Shown: positions 10,761 through 25,129, numbered from the whole stretch's first letter. The stretch is DNA of 63,221 nucleotides, filler included, from Octopus bimaculoides (GCF_001194135.2; 6 parts of 6 records of this genome joined end to end with filler, not necessarily neighbours in it); one strand, 5' to 3'. Notes: generated by a model not told the origin, from the letters alone. Translations and numbers: made by a program.

Positions 10761-11728
10761 GTGAATTTTCTTGGGCGTCATTCATTATAATAATGTTTGT
10801 AAATTTTATTCTATCAAACTTGCATCTCATTGAAACCAGAATGTTTTCCAGCCAAACTATGAAGATGTAAGAAGTGCAACTGACTTCAGTGAACAACCTT
10901 AATAAAACATGTTTTATTAAGGAAATGGATGTGTTTATATCGAAACTGTCTCTTCTACAAAAACTGAGCCATGACCTCATGATAATAAATCATATAAGAA
11001 CTTTTTAATTAAATTTTACTTAAAATTAAAAAGACTGAACAACTGAAATTTGCTTCAATAAAGAGGAATTCTTTATTAATTTATATTTGAGTCATATAGT
11101 ATTAAAAATCTACATTTCGGAAGCTTAATAAGGGTGAGCCCCAGCAATTAGGGTATTTAGTAGAAAAACACGCACAATCAATGTCTCTTCTGCATAAGGG
11201 TATCTTGTTTCATTCGTGGTTCGCAGGAGCTTAATTCTCTGTAAAATAAAATAACGTTAAGTGAATTTATCAATTTCCATAAAATCATTTTGAATTTTGC
11301 ATTCGGTCGGTAAGACTCTTGTATGCAAATATGTATATTTGAATAATGGTGTACAAGCAATAGATACAACAAAATTTATTAACGTACAGATATTAATGGT
11401 ACCGCTCTAAGTGTAGATCTGTGTGTCGGAGAAAAGGAACTGGTGAGAGCACTTGCCCTTGGAGTTCCTCGATTATCCCTAGAAATCCTCCTATATTAGG
11501 AGGACCATATCACTATTATCCTTTTTCCACTTTCTTATCTTTTACTGTTGTATACTTTATATACTTCCCGTCTTTTATTGTATACCGTGTATACTTTCCT
11601 CTTTTTTCTATATATATATATATAATTTCATTATATGTAAACCCCAACACTTTGTCTTTGCATTGGTCCTCTCATCGTTCGCCCTGGTGGCAAATAAAAG
11701 AAATTATTATTATTACTATTATTATTAT

Positions 11729-11763
<35 letters not shown>

Positions 11764-11802
11764 TTTCGTGTGTGTGTGTGTGTGTATGTGCATGTGTGTG
11801 TG

Positions 11803-11876
<74 letters not shown>

Positions 11877-12177
11877 TGTTTCTAATGAAACAGGTAAAAC
11901 TTCTTTGAGCAACTCAGTTTTAGTTAAATATTTGTTCACTTAAACAAGTTGCTGATTCCGTGACCTCATCCAGAATTATAACTTTTCTCACAGAAGAGAC
12001 GATTGTTCATTCTACTTTTAAGCTTTCATTCAAATTCGTACAAATGGCTGTCCCGTGTGAAATAGGTCGTGAGCTAGGCTTAGGTAAGAGTATGAAATGA
12101 GTAGTATCCAATGTTTCACAGGCTTTCGAGACACTCGATCGCAGAGGTAACACTATCATAGGTGAAATCAGTCTTAC

Positions 12178-12252
12178 TTTCTGTTGATTTCGCGCACACT
12201 TTTCCAGGTAACCAAAACCTACATTTGAAGAAGTGATGAAGAACTTCACTTT
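12178..12252 (-). CDS. Candidate 75-nt internal exon of an unidentified gene
   Basis: Acceptor GCAGTTTTTATATTAACAG| and donor |GTAAGA. Two frames are open (KVKFFITSSNVGFGYLEKCARNQQK or SEVLHHFFKCRFWLPGKVCAKSTE). No homology recognised. Confidence 0.3.
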
Positions 12253-13157
12253 CTGTTAATATAAAAACTGCATTTAATTGAGGTGTCTTAGCAGTCTAGA
12301 TTGCGCTTTTTTTTTTACTTCAGTTGGAGTCAAAAATAATTTACTCGCGGACGTGTGAAAATGCAAAAATGCAAAACAGATGTGGAACAATCATCAACAC
12401 ATCTGAAAATATTCTGTTGAAAGTTTATCGTAGCTTTTCAAAGACTTTGATCCCAAAAATGATATTTTAGATAAAAAATATTTGTATTCCATAACGGATT
12501 TGATCCTAAAAGTGAATCCAAAACAATTTTAGGACTTGTTATTTCAGTATCTAAAACAATGGCACCATTTGCCAATTTATAATGGTAAATGACTACAGAA
12601 ATGCTATATTTTACATTTATTTTTGATCCATGCCTATGACAAAATGAACTTAGCAATATTTAGATACCTCACTCATTGATTCATCACAATATTTCATTAT
12701 TCTTAATCGTTATTCAACTTTGGAACAACAGAGCCTAAAAAAGGCAAGAAACCCAGATAGTGGGACATTTTTGTCCCAACTAGAATTGAACCTGGTTAAC
12801 TTGGTTTTCATATTTGTCTCCTTTTTTAAACTAACCAGCTGTATAGATGTAAACACAATTCCTTCTTCTTCCTTTCTTCCTTCTTTCTTTCCTTCTCTTT
12901 CCCATTGATATTCCTTTCAGATACACAGACACACACACACACACACACGGGCACACACACACGCACACACACACACACACACAAACACACCCACATTCTC
13001 TCTCACAGGNNNNNNNNNNNNNNNNNNNNNNNNNNNNNNNNNNNNNNNNNNNNTTAATTAATTAANNNNNNNNNNNNNNNNNNNNNNNNNNNNNNNNNNN
13101 NNNNNNNNNCAAATAGGTATATATATATGTAGGTATGTATATATGTATATATATATC

Positions 13158-13189
<32 letters not shown>

Positions 13190-13461
13190 CATATATATAT
13201 GTATATATATACATATATACATATATATATATATAATTTTTCAAAGTAAACTATGTAATCGTTACCAATATATATATATATGTATCCACAAGCACCTATG
13301 TTGCATGAGCAAGACTAAGAGTAGAAAAAACTTAGGCCAAGTTTCATAAAAAGTGTTATTAGTATAAAGCTTGAAAGGATAAGGTAATGGTCTTTAACAT
13401 TTCGAACGCTAGTCCTTCATCAAGAAAAACGACTGAAGCAAGAAAAGGGGGAAACATAGTG

Positions 13462-13573
13462 AGAAGAAGAAGAAGAAGAAGAAGAAGAAGAAGAAGAAGA
13501 AGAAGAAGAAGAAGAAGAAGAAGAAGAAGAAGAAGAAGAAGAAGAAGAAGAAGAAGAAGAAGAAGAAGAAGAA
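13462..13573. repeat. (AAG)n microsatellite
   Basis: Pure trinucleotide run; explains the poly-Arg ORF. Confidence 0.95.
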
Positions 13574-14059
13574 ACCTTTAATACTTTAATGTGAAACAGT
13601 GAAACGTCAGGTCTTATTGCTCTCTCCGAATAGTCTAGAAATAAATTATTTGCGAAGTATAAAATGCAATTTTTTTCCTAGGTAATTAAATTTAACGTGT
13701 GTTATATAGCTTGAAATAATACATGAATCTCCGTCGATATCGACGGGGTCCATTCCACATGTTCGAGCAACAAAATTGTATTCTGGGGCTTGTTTATTTA
13801 TATATTTTTCTCTTCTCTATTTATATAGTTCTCTTTTTCTTTTGTTCGTTTTTACTATTGTCTATTTTAGATTTTTCCTTCTTCCTTTGTTTACAATCTT
13901 GCCTTCACTTTTTTTCTCCCTTTTCCATCTCTTGTTCCTTTGTCTTTTTCTCACTCTATTTCTCTCTACCATTTGGTCACTATTTCCTTGCCAACTTACC
14001 TAAGTCTCACTATCTGTCCAACTTCAGACTTTTGATCTCTGTAACAAAAAGCAGTAGTC

Positions 14060-14122
14060 TTCCCCTTATGATCGTCTGTGGTTTGACATCCAATTTCACA
14101 GCGGCGAAACATGCGTAGGGAA
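14060..14122 (+). ncRNA. Type I hammerhead motif with G5>U core substitution
   Basis: TTCCC 14060-14064 / GGGAA 14118-14122. Core CTTATGA 14065-14071. Helix II TCG(T)CTGTG / CACAGCGG. GAAA 14106-14109. Helix III AC-ATGC-GT. GUA site at 14117. Confidence 0.65.
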
Positions 14123-14305
14123 CAAACGATATAAAGATTTCTTAATCGTAATTTCTTCTACATTTACTCTTTATTTCATAACTAGTAATACTACTAAGTG
14201 AAGTAAGAATTAAACATTTATATTGGAAGCAGACTTGACGATAATCTACGTAGAGCTCCAAATACAAGAGCAGCCGTTGTATATCTAACTGCCCAAGCCA
14301 CGCAT

Positions 14306-14336
<31 letters not shown>

Positions 14337-14938
14337 TCTATATATATANNNNNNNNNNNNNNNNNNNNNNNNNNNNNNNNNNNNNNNNNNNNNNNNNNNN
14401 NNNNNNNNNNNNNNNNNNNNNNNNNNNNNNNNNNNNNNNNNNNNNNNNNNNNNNNNNNNNNNNNNNNNNNNNNNNNNNNNNNNNNNNNNNNNNNNNNNNN
14501 NNNNNNNNNNNNNNNNNNNNNNNNNNNNNNNNNNNNNNNNNNNNNNNNNNNNNNNNNNNNNNNNNNNNNNNNNNNNNNNNNNNNNNNNNNNNNNNNNNNN
14601 NNNNNNNNNNNNNNNNNNNNNNNNNNNNNNNNNNNNNNNNNNNNNNNNNNNNNNNNNNNNNNNNNNNNNNNNNNNNNNNNNNNNNNNNNNNNNNNNNNNN
14701 NNNNNNNNNNNNNNNNNNNNNNNNNNNNNNNNNNNNNNNNNNNNNNNNNNNNNNNNNNNNNNNNNNNNNNNNNNNNNNNNNNNNNNNNNNNNNNNNNNNN
14801 NNNNNNNNNNNNNNNNNNNNNNNNNNNNNNNNNNNNNNNNNNNNNNNNNNNNNNNNNNNNNNNNNNNNNNNNNNNNNNNNNNNNNNNNNNNNNNNNNNNN
14901 NNNNNNNNNNNNNNNNNNNNNNNNNNNNNNNNNNNNNN

Positions 14939-14981
<43 letters not shown>

Positions 14982-15574
14982 GTTTATTTAGTTTTATATG
15001 TTATATTATTTCTTTCTTCATAAACTCTGCAGTTTCTAGTTTGGTGAAGTAGTTCTTTACATGATGGGAATCGATTTTTTTCTTTTACTTTTAATAACGG
15101 ACGCCATCTTGATTCTTTCAATGCGTTTTTCTCATATCCCCTCCACCGTCACAACCACAACCACCACAGCCACTACAGCCAGCACGACCTCCAACTCCAC
15201 CTGCACCACCACCACCAAAACCATCACCAACATCACCAAAACCATCATCCTCATCATCATCCTCATCATCATCATCCTCATCATCCTCATCATCATCATC
15301 ATCATCAGTCTTTACCAGATGATTGCTCTGCATGTGGTAGACGAATCCAATATTCTGAAATAACAAAAATAGTCTTTTTCGTTCTTTTGTTGTCTATTCT
15401 TTTTCTTTTATCTGTCAAAAAGCAAGAAAATTTAAACAAATGTTCTAAAGATAATCCAGTATGTGTTGTAATTATAAATACGAAACCATTATTGCGTTTC
15501 TTCTAAAGTGAATGCTGTAAAAAGTAGTCTTTATAACTTAAAAAATGATAAACCTTTCTGTTAAACGTAGAGAG

Positions 15575-15764
15575 CCTGAAATTTTAGGGGAGGCGGGTAA
15601 GTCAATAACATCGACTCCAGTGCTTAACGGTTACTTATTTCATCGACCCCAAAAGGATGAAAGGTAAAGGCAATCTCAGTGGAATTTGAACTCAGAAAGC
15701 AGTGATGGGCGAAATACTGCTGAGTATTTTGTTCACCGTGCTAACGATTCTGCCAGCTCACCAC
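15575..15764 (-). mobile_element. SINE family B copy
   Basis: Reverse complement of TCGACTCCAGTGCTTAAC...GGATGAAAGGTAAAG...GAATTTGAACTCAGAA...CTGCCAGCTCACC. Confidence 0.8.
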
Positions 15765-16397
15765 CCCTATTTTCTCTCATTGCTTCATTTTTAGTATATA
15801 TATATATATATATATATATAAAGAATATATATACATGTATACACACATATATGTACATACTTACATCTACATGTGTATATATATGCATGTCAGGGTACAG
15901 GACGTTAGAACAATGAACTACAGACAACGGAACGAACGCATAGGAAAACGGAAAGCCACTTGGAATATCCATTCATCAGCTGTCTCTATTCTAACTAGAC
16001 GTTTCGAAGATAAGACAGAACGTNNNNNNNNNNNNNNNNNNNNNNNNNNNNNNNNNNNNNNNNNNNNNNNNNNNNNNNNNNNNNNNNNNNNNNNNNNNNN
16101 NNNNNNNNNNNNNNNNNNNNNNNNNNNNNNNNNNNNNNNNNNNNNNNNNNNNNNNNNNNNNNNNNNNNNNNNNNNNNNNNNNNNNNNNNNNNNNNNNNNN
16201 NNNNNNNNNNNNNNNNNNNNNNNNNNNNNNNNNNNNNNNNNNNNNNNNNNNNNNNNNNNNNNNNNNNNNNNNNNNNNNNNNNNNNNNNNNNNNNNNNNNN
16301 NNNNNNNNNNNNNNNNNNNNNNNNNNNNNNNNNNNNNNNNNNNNNNNNNNNNNNNNNNNNNNNNNNNNNNNNNNNNNNNNNNNNNNNNNNNNNNNNN

Positions 16398-16463
<66 letters not shown>

Positions 16464-16477
16464 TAAATACATACAAT

Positions 16478-16690
16478 GCATTTGCAGTACCAGTGCTGAT
16501 CTCAACATTTGGGATACTTGATTGGTCTGTAGAGGTAATCCATTCCATAGATATCAAAACACGCAACTGGGCACTTCCACAGAAACAGTGATGCTGACAG
16601 GCTCTACCTAAGAATAAATGAAGGTGGTAGAGGCCTGAGATCACTGCAGGCGGCCTTCGAATAACGTATGGTATCACTTAGACATAATGT
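16478..16690 (+). mobile_element. Non-LTR retrotransposon fragment (R4/Dong-like post-RT region)
   Basis: Translation across frameshifts gives AVPVLISTFGILDWS...IDIKTR and DADRLYLRINEGGRGLRSL (RLY.PR..GGRGL motif). Confidence 0.6.
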
Positions 16691-17377
16691 TAGACATAAA
16701 CATAATGTTATGTGGAAATAAGTGATGATTAATGAATAAATGGGGGGGAACAAGCAGCGCCCGCCGACTGTCTAATCCTCGAAAACATTGTTCGCTTATA
16801 TGCGAGGTAGCAAGCCTCTTACACTGTTTGTTATGTTCATTGCTACAAAAAGGAGGCATTACGCCTCTTACTTCATGTTAAACAAACTGTGGTTTAAACC
16901 CATCCTCAATTCATAACATTGAGATTTTTCAACTTTGTATCCATATTCCTCCCCATCATCGCTTGTGACCACATCTCCCGCCAACACCCACGCTTCTTTT
17001 AAGCACTCATTGAGTGGCGTAAAATATCATGAAAAAAATATAAGTAAGGCAAAAAACTGGATTTAAGTATAATTAACCCCTTTATTTTAAAAATAAACTG
17101 TATATTAATTAAACTTAAATGACAGAGATCTATTCGTGGAATTTCATGCTATCAATCTTATGCAATGAAGTTTTAAAAGAAAATGTTATAAGTGTTTGTT
17201 TCTCAAATTTGAGAGTGATAATATAGTTCTATACTTTTTTAAGAATATAATTCTAGGGAACTTTTAATATATGTCACCAGCATCATTTAGGTAAGGAAAA
17301 AATTATCAACGACACCGCTAATTGTTGACTCATTATTAGTTAGCATAGTAGCATAGCCTGATAAAAACATGGGTTAC

Positions 17378-17954
17378 AAAATGCGAGCAAGAGAACAAGA
17401 GAAATAATATTCTTAAGATTATAAACCTGGAAAAGTACAGGACATGTTTACACTAGGAAAAGTTCAGGACAAGAAAATTTTTACTTAAAATATTGCGGCT
17501 AAGGATAAAATTTGAATATCAAAAATGATTTGATTTTAATTTGCAAAGTAACATTATGATTAAAAAAAGGTCCTATCACACTAGGATACGTAAAAAATGA
17601 GAGCCAGACGTACCAATATAGCTAAAGTTTTATGCAAAGTAAAATAGTATATATAGTAAGCAAATTCATTATGTAAAAAATAGGCATTGGGTCAAGATTA
17701 AAAATGTGAAGACTTGGCAATAACTTAGGCAATAACTCAAGTAAATTCTACTGTGAAATTGTTGTTATAGATAGGTTTTACTGTAATACATAACTAATTT
17801 TTGTATTATTCTATTTATTATTTTTTGTATTATTCTATTTATTGTATTTTTATATTATTCTATTTATTATTCTATTTATTATCAGATGTAATAACTTTCC
17901 TGAAATTTTCCAGATTTATAATCTTAAGAATATTATTTCTCTTACTCGCATTTT
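17378..17954. mobile_element. Foldback/MITE-like element with inverted arms of about 60 bp
   Basis: 17378-17442 (AAAATGCGAG...GAGAAATAATATTCTTAAGATTATAAACCTGGAAAAGTACAGGA) is the reverse complement of 17898-17954. Interior is AT-rich. No TSD identified. Confidence 0.6.
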
Positions 17955-18474
17955 TCCATGTAGTGTTTATATGTTTGTCTTAACTTCATGAACGAAAATT
18001 TATAGAGAGGAAGTTCACGTTAATTGCAGGTTACTGATGTCCGATGAGTCCAATTCAAAGCAAACCAGCATAGTCGAAGTGACTTCATGGGAAAGTTCAT
18101 TAGTCAGGGATGGTTGTAGTGCTCGTATCTTTCCACATTTTTCTCTTGTCTGCAAGGATGTTTCTGCTGCTATCTTCAAAGGAGGTAGTAAAGCAGTAGA
18201 CAGAGACTTCAGTTTTCACGGCCACCAGAAAATGCAGGCCACTGGTGGAGATGATGGGGATAGGCGACGAAGGATTTCTTTACAGACTACTTGATTCTCT
18301 TCTTTAATGTTCCTCTATCACGTTGACCAGGGAAGAGTTCGCTGTGCGGGCTGATCATGGGAGGTTGACAACGTGTCCAACCCAGTATACCTATGTCTTC
18401 AGCAGAGTTATTCCGAAGCTGATGATTTTTCTGTAAATTTGGTACATAAACATAAAATATAATAGATGATAACT

Positions 18475-18532
<58 letters not shown>

Positions 18533-18592
18533 AAAATAGACAGACAGAAAGACAGACAGACAGACAGACAGACGGACAGACAGACAGACGGG

Positions 18593-18627
<35 letters not shown>

Positions 18628-19306
18628 TGGGAGATGGTTATTGTGATCAATTTAAGACAAAGCCTTTTCGATAAGAATAAACTTTTGATAACATTATCGG
18701 TGATTAAGTTGTTATTGGATGTGTGATAATGTGTGTGTGTGCGCGCGCGTATGTGTATGTATATATGTATATTATGTGTGTGTGTGTGTGTGTGTTTCAG
18801 TGTGGGTGTGTATGGATGTATGTGTGTTCAATATATATTTCATATTTATATTTATATATGTAAAACTAATTCATCATTTTGACAGCTGATAATTAACATT
18901 TTAATTACTACTCCTTGTTCATAAACCACTTCATACACCGCCAATTACGCACAACACCTGATATAGCCCCCATCACTCCGTTAATCACACACAATCACTC
19001 ACACACACGCACACACACACACCACATACCTACACACCCACACAACAGCAACATCTAGCCACTACTTCTCTTTCCACAGTTCATTATAAATATTTCCATT
19101 AATCTACCCATTTCCCTATAATCACCACCGCACTTCAGCCAAACCACCAAGCCAGCAGACCCTCAAAACCGCCAAACCCAACACTCACCCTCAAATCTGG
19201 ACTCTCAGAAGTGGACCAGATGTAACGAAACATTCAATATTATTGGTTTGACGTAATAGATGTATTCCTTATGTTTTATTTCTGTTTTTCTTTCTCCTTC
19301 AGATAC

Positions 19307-19519
<213 letters not shown>

Positions 19520-20516
19520 CGTGGTTGTTATAGTTGTTGATCTAACAGCAAAGATAATCATTATTACATTTTAGTTAGTAACTTGCAATGGGATTGTCTT
19601 TATATATTTTTTCTTTTCATTTTACNNNNNNNNNNNNNNNNNNNNNNNNNNNNNNNNNNNNNNNNNNNNNNNNNNNNNNNNNNNNNNNNNNNNNNNNNNN
19701 NNNNNNNNNNNNNNNNNNNNNNNNNNNNNNNNNNNNNNNNNNNNNNNNNNNNNNNNNNNNNNNNNNNNNNNNNNNNNNNNNNNNNNNNNNNNNNNNNNNN
19801 NNNNNNNNNNNNNNNNNNNNNNNNNNNNNNNNNNNNNNNNNNNNNNNNNNNNNNNNNNNNNNNNNNNNNNNNNNNNNNNNNNNNNNNNNNNNNNNNNNNN
19901 NNNNNNNNNNNNNNNNNNNNNNNNNNNNNNNNNNNNNNNNNNNNNNNNNNNNNNNNNNNNNNNNNNNNNNNNNNNNNNNNNNNNNNNNNNNNNNNNNNNN
20001 NNNNNNNNNNNNNNNNNNNNNNNNNNNNNNNNNNNNNNNNNNNNNNNNNNNNNTATATATATATATATATATATGCATGTATATATATATATACATGTAT
20101 GTATGTATGTACGTTTGTATGTTTGTATGTATGTTCATAAACACTCAAAATGGGAAGCAATTTGCGTAATTTCCTACAAGAAAGTACTTCAAGAGCAAAC
20201 AAACAAAAAATTAGATAAACTGTCATCATTTTTGAACAAAACGAACAGAATTGATGACAATAACAGCTAAACAAACAAGAAGTGACGAGACAAGATAGAT
20301 AAATCTGTAGAAGGACAAAAGGAACGAGAAAAAGGATGAAGAAGAGGAAGACGGGTGATGGACTTCGATTATTCCTTTGTTTTTCTCATTGATTCTTCAA
20401 TAGTAATTACCAATTAACCGTCATTTCCTCTTTAAAATGCTAACACTGTTATTTCAATCTTTGCTTTCTCTCATCGCAAATCGATAAAAGAAATTTAATT
20501 TCATTCCCCACTCTTT

Positions 20517-20560
<44 letters not shown>

Positions 20561-20586
20561 NNNNNNNNNNTCTCTCCCTCTCTCTT

Positions 20587-20620
<34 letters not shown>

Positions 20621-20737
20621 CCTCACTCTTTCTCTCTCTCGTGATATCTAATCTTGTAATTTTATCTGTCTATTAGACAACTACTACCATATTTAACGTG
20701 CATGTATATGTATAATTATACATATGTGCGTGTGTGT

Positions 20738-20774
<37 letters not shown>

Positions 20775-21894
20775 TGTGTCTGTGTATATATATATGTGTA
20801 TATGCGTGCGCATAGGAGTGTGTGGGCGTATGCAATGAAACTCTCAAACTTCGAGTCACTTTGTAACTGTTTCCGATTACTAAACACAAACACACACACA
20901 TATGTGTGTGTGTATAAATACATACACACACACATACATACACACACACACATATATATATGTATGTATGTATGTATATATATGTATGCATATATATATA
21001 TATCTATCTATCTGTCTATCTATCTATCTATCTATCTCTCTCTCTATATATATATATATATATAATGCATATATATATATATATATATATTTATGTATGT
21101 ATGTATTACTTATGTATGTAAATATATATATATATATATATATATAATAAAAATATATATGTATATATTTGATTGTATTCCCAATTTGAATATGTATTGG
21201 CCAGACTAGGAGGATGATAAACTAATCTGTCTTCTCTCCCTACTTGAACTTTGATATCTATATCTATATATANNNNNNNNNNNNNNNNNNNNNNNNNNNN
21301 NNNNNNNNNNNNNNNNNNNNNNNNNNNNNNNNNNNNNNNNNNNNNNNNNNNNNNNNNNNNNNNNNNNNNNNNNNNNNNNNNNNNNNNNNNNNNNNNNNNN
21401 NNNNNNNNNNNNNNNNNNNNNNNNNNNNNNNNNNNNNNNNNNNNNNNNNNNNNNNNNNNNNNNNNNNNNNNNNNNNNNNNNNNNNNNNNNNNNNNNNNNN
21501 NNNNNNNNNNTATATATAGGCCGTATTTTCCAGCGCACAAGTCCAAGTTTTTAAACAAAAATTTACAGGGGAAAAGCAAAAGGTAGATCTAATTGGAAGA
21601 CGTGAAATGCTGGAGGCTTTAGAAAGACAGTGACGATGTTTGAATATTTACACTGCATGTTTTCATTATAGACTACGTCGGCTTGTATGCCGGAAAATAC
21701 GGCACATATAATAATGCATTGAGTTCTATTTTACTGTTTTTTTTTTTACGCCAAAACCATATACATGTATGCTATCATGTATGTATGATGTTATTCAGTT
21801 TTAGTTCAAGGTTTCTTGGCAATAGAGAAAGAGCCAGTTTCGAACCGATGTCCAAGGCTGCTTCATTGGAATTTCAGCAACATCAGCAGGGTAT

Positions 21895-22341
21895 TTTGTA
21901 TGTATGCCTGGCAACAGGATTCTGCACCATACCACAGAAGCAGGAGAATCCAGTCATGACTGTCAGACAACTTCTGTGACCACACCACCCCTAACATCTG
22001 GCTACCTAACTCCCCAGACTGCAACCCCTTTGATTATTGTGTGGGACGCAGTTGAACGAGAGACCAACAAAACTTCCTGTAACACCAAAGATGAATTGAA
22101 GGCAAGGATTATGGCAGCATTTACCAACTTAAACCAGCAGACCGTCAAGAAGAGTTGCAGGAGATTCCAAAGTCGTCTGGAGGCCGTGGTTGGAGCCAAT
22201 GGTGATTCTACTGAATAAATTTACTCTTTGATATTCCAAGATATCTTTATGTAATTTTGTTAAATATATCTGTTAAAATGAGATGTCAATATTATTTTCA
22301 TTTTTGCGTAATTTAGACGACAATTTATTCTCCGCACCCTG
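21895..22341 (+). mobile_element. Tc1/mariner DD37D (maT-type) transposon 3' relic
   Basis: WQQDSAPYH...WLPNSPDCNPFD with 37 residues between the two Asp, then ERETNK...LEAVVGANGD. Right end ...GCACCCTG followed by TA. Confidence 0.85.
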
Positions 22342-22396
22342 TATATACATATATGAGTATATGCAGAGATAGGTAGGTAGGTAGGTAGGTAGATAA

Positions 22397-22439
<43 letters not shown>

Positions 22440-22560
22440 TACAAACATATACATATCTATATGCCAAGGTAGTTGAACAAGCTGAAACGTATAATAAATT
22501 AGATTGGATCTCTAGTATATACTTACCGTGTTAGACACGATAGGACAATAGACGCGAAAA

Positions 22561-22628
<68 letters not shown>

Positions 22629-24504
22629 GAATGTATATATGTGCGAGTGTGTGTAGATATATGGAGAGAAAGAGAATTGGAGTGATAGTGAGCGAGGAAG
22701 AGTGAAAGGTGGAGAGGAAATGTGCTAACCCAAAGATGATGGAATCAATGGAATTGGATGAGTGGCTACACTGATGTCCTCCAGGCAACGAAAGAATAAA
22801 GCCATAATTTTATAACATGATTACAATTTAAAGAATATACATACAGTATGGCAGGGCATACAGAGAAGAAAAGCGGGGAAAGGCCTAGACTGTAGGAGAG
22901 GGGGAAAGAGAGAGAGAGAGAAGAGAGGTGGAGACATTAAGTATCAAAATGGTAGTGACATCAACAAAACCGAAACTTATTGACAATAATCACAGCAGGA
23001 AAAACACAACAGCAACGGCGGAGAAAACACACTAGGAAACACAGATGTGCATACATACATACATACATACATACATACATACATAGACACTCACACACAC
23101 ATTCACATACACGCATACAGATATACTGAGCGAGAGAGAGAATGAGAAATCTCGGCAACTTTTATGATTTGTCTGCGCGGCATTATGGTGGAATTTATTG
23201 TTAAAAATGTTGAAGTAGAATGAATTATCGAGCAGTAGTAGCAACAGCAACAACTGCAATAACAACAACAAGAAAAGAAGATGCAGCAGCAGCAGCAGCA
23301 GCAGTCACACCAGCAACAATGACAACAGCAGCAGAAACTATAACAATACAAACACCAGAAGCAACAACAACGGCAACAGTAATAAGACTTTCCGTTGAGT
23401 TGTGAGTTGTTTTTTTCTTGTCGAAGAATGTACTGGGATAATGGCTTGCAGCTAGGACAGAATACAAGACTATTAAAATGACCAGCAAAGTATAATTAAC
23501 TGGAGAATACACTACCATCACCACCACTTCCAAATCCACCATTACAATCACTACTACTACTACTACTACTTCAAGATCAATATAGAAAAATAAAATAATA
23601 CCACTTCCATTTTTATTCAGTTTTAAATAAATTGATTTTTGTTTTGCAATAATGTAATTTGTTGATAATTTTAAACAAAATAATCACCAGTATTGGTTGT
23701 AATAATTATTACATAAAGACTGAATTGGTACAGTCGTAGGAAGCGAGAAAAAAAAAAAGTGCGTTGTTTAATGTGGTCCATCTTTGATTCTGCGTTCGTA
23801 TGCTTTCTCCAAATCTGTTTGGTACTTAGTTTCTTCCATTTTTTTTTTCAATCACTTCGTATTCCGTCATCTGAACAAATGGTGTTCTTTAAACCGTTCG
23901 TCTCCCTGGATTATTTTCTTTTCTTTTCACGCGGAAATTCTCGACTCGGTAGTTTTGCATATTTTGCATATTTGCATAAAGTTGGTTTGTGATAACATTT
24001 AAATGTGGTGCTTTGAAGCTCTCAACCCATGTTTCACTGATATAAATTGAATTCACTTTAGACGCCAATCTGAGTTAATTACATCTAATTTAACTTATAA
24101 TCCGAAATCTAAATGTGATTATTAAGTCTCTCAATGCAAGTCGCACCCATATAAAGTGGATGTACCTTTTACAAGTATTTGATTTACTTTAGCTTACATC
24201 ACAAATCTATATGTGTTAATTTCAATCTCCAGGAAGGTCTTACCTGCATGAAATAGACACACCTATTGCGCCTTCTAAGTTAGCTCTTTGAGTCTAGCCC
24301 CAACAGTAATCACCTCTTCTCACTTGGACTATTCTTTAATATACCTAGTTGACATCTTTGCTTGCTTCCTCTATCTAAATTCACCACTTGAACTCTGTAA
24401 GATTCCATATTCCATAATTTTAATTTTCAATTTTACTACCCATTCTAACGGCAATTATATCGCAACTGTTTAACTAAATATTATTTTCTAGTGACGACAT
24501 AACA

Positions 24505-24732
24505 TTGGGTTGTCCGGAAAGTTCGTGTCGATTTATAGTAGTTTACCTTTCGACTTATTTGCCATGAAACCACCTCAATTCTGGGAAGAGGGTATTTTCA
24601 AGTTAAAGGAAAGCTAGAGACACATTGTGCAACAAAATGGTTCATATTTGGTTGATTAAAAATGTAATGGCAAGTATTTATTAACCTTTTTCTTTCCTTT
24701 AAAACTCGGCATGAACTTTCCGGACAACCCAA
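24505..24732. mobile_element. Mariner-type MITE
   Basis: TIRs TTGGGTTGTCCGGAAAGTTCGTG / CATGAACTTTCCGGACAACCCAA. TA on the right, CA on the left. Confidence 0.9.
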
Positions 24733-24811
24733 TATTTATAGAATATTTTTTAGATCTTCTCTGCTAAGATACAAGAGTTGGGATCTCTATGTTCTCACTT
24801 ACTTACTATAT

Positions 24812-24910
<99 letters not shown>

Positions 24911-25129
24911 TGTATATACGCATTCTTTTCATTAAGATTACATTTAATCCACAATTAAATATCGGTTTAAAATTTTGGTACAAGGCTACCAAGTTCGGAT
25001 GAGGGGTTAAGTCAGTTACATAGCCACCCCTACCCCTCAGTGCTTAACTGGTTGTTATTTTATCGATCCTGAAGGAAGGAAAAACAAAGTCAACCTCGGT
25101 GAAACTTACAATTAAATATTATTTCCTTA

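Noticed and set aside
15930-16023. Minus-strand GAAACGTCTAGTT followed by CTGATGA (possible type II hammerhead)
   Set aside because: Helix I does not form and helix II mismatches next to the core. The adjacent gap prevents evaluation.
21825-21880. Minus-strand CCAATGA...AGCC/GGTT-CGAAAC hammerhead look-alike
   Set aside because: Two core mismatches and no helix III pairing.
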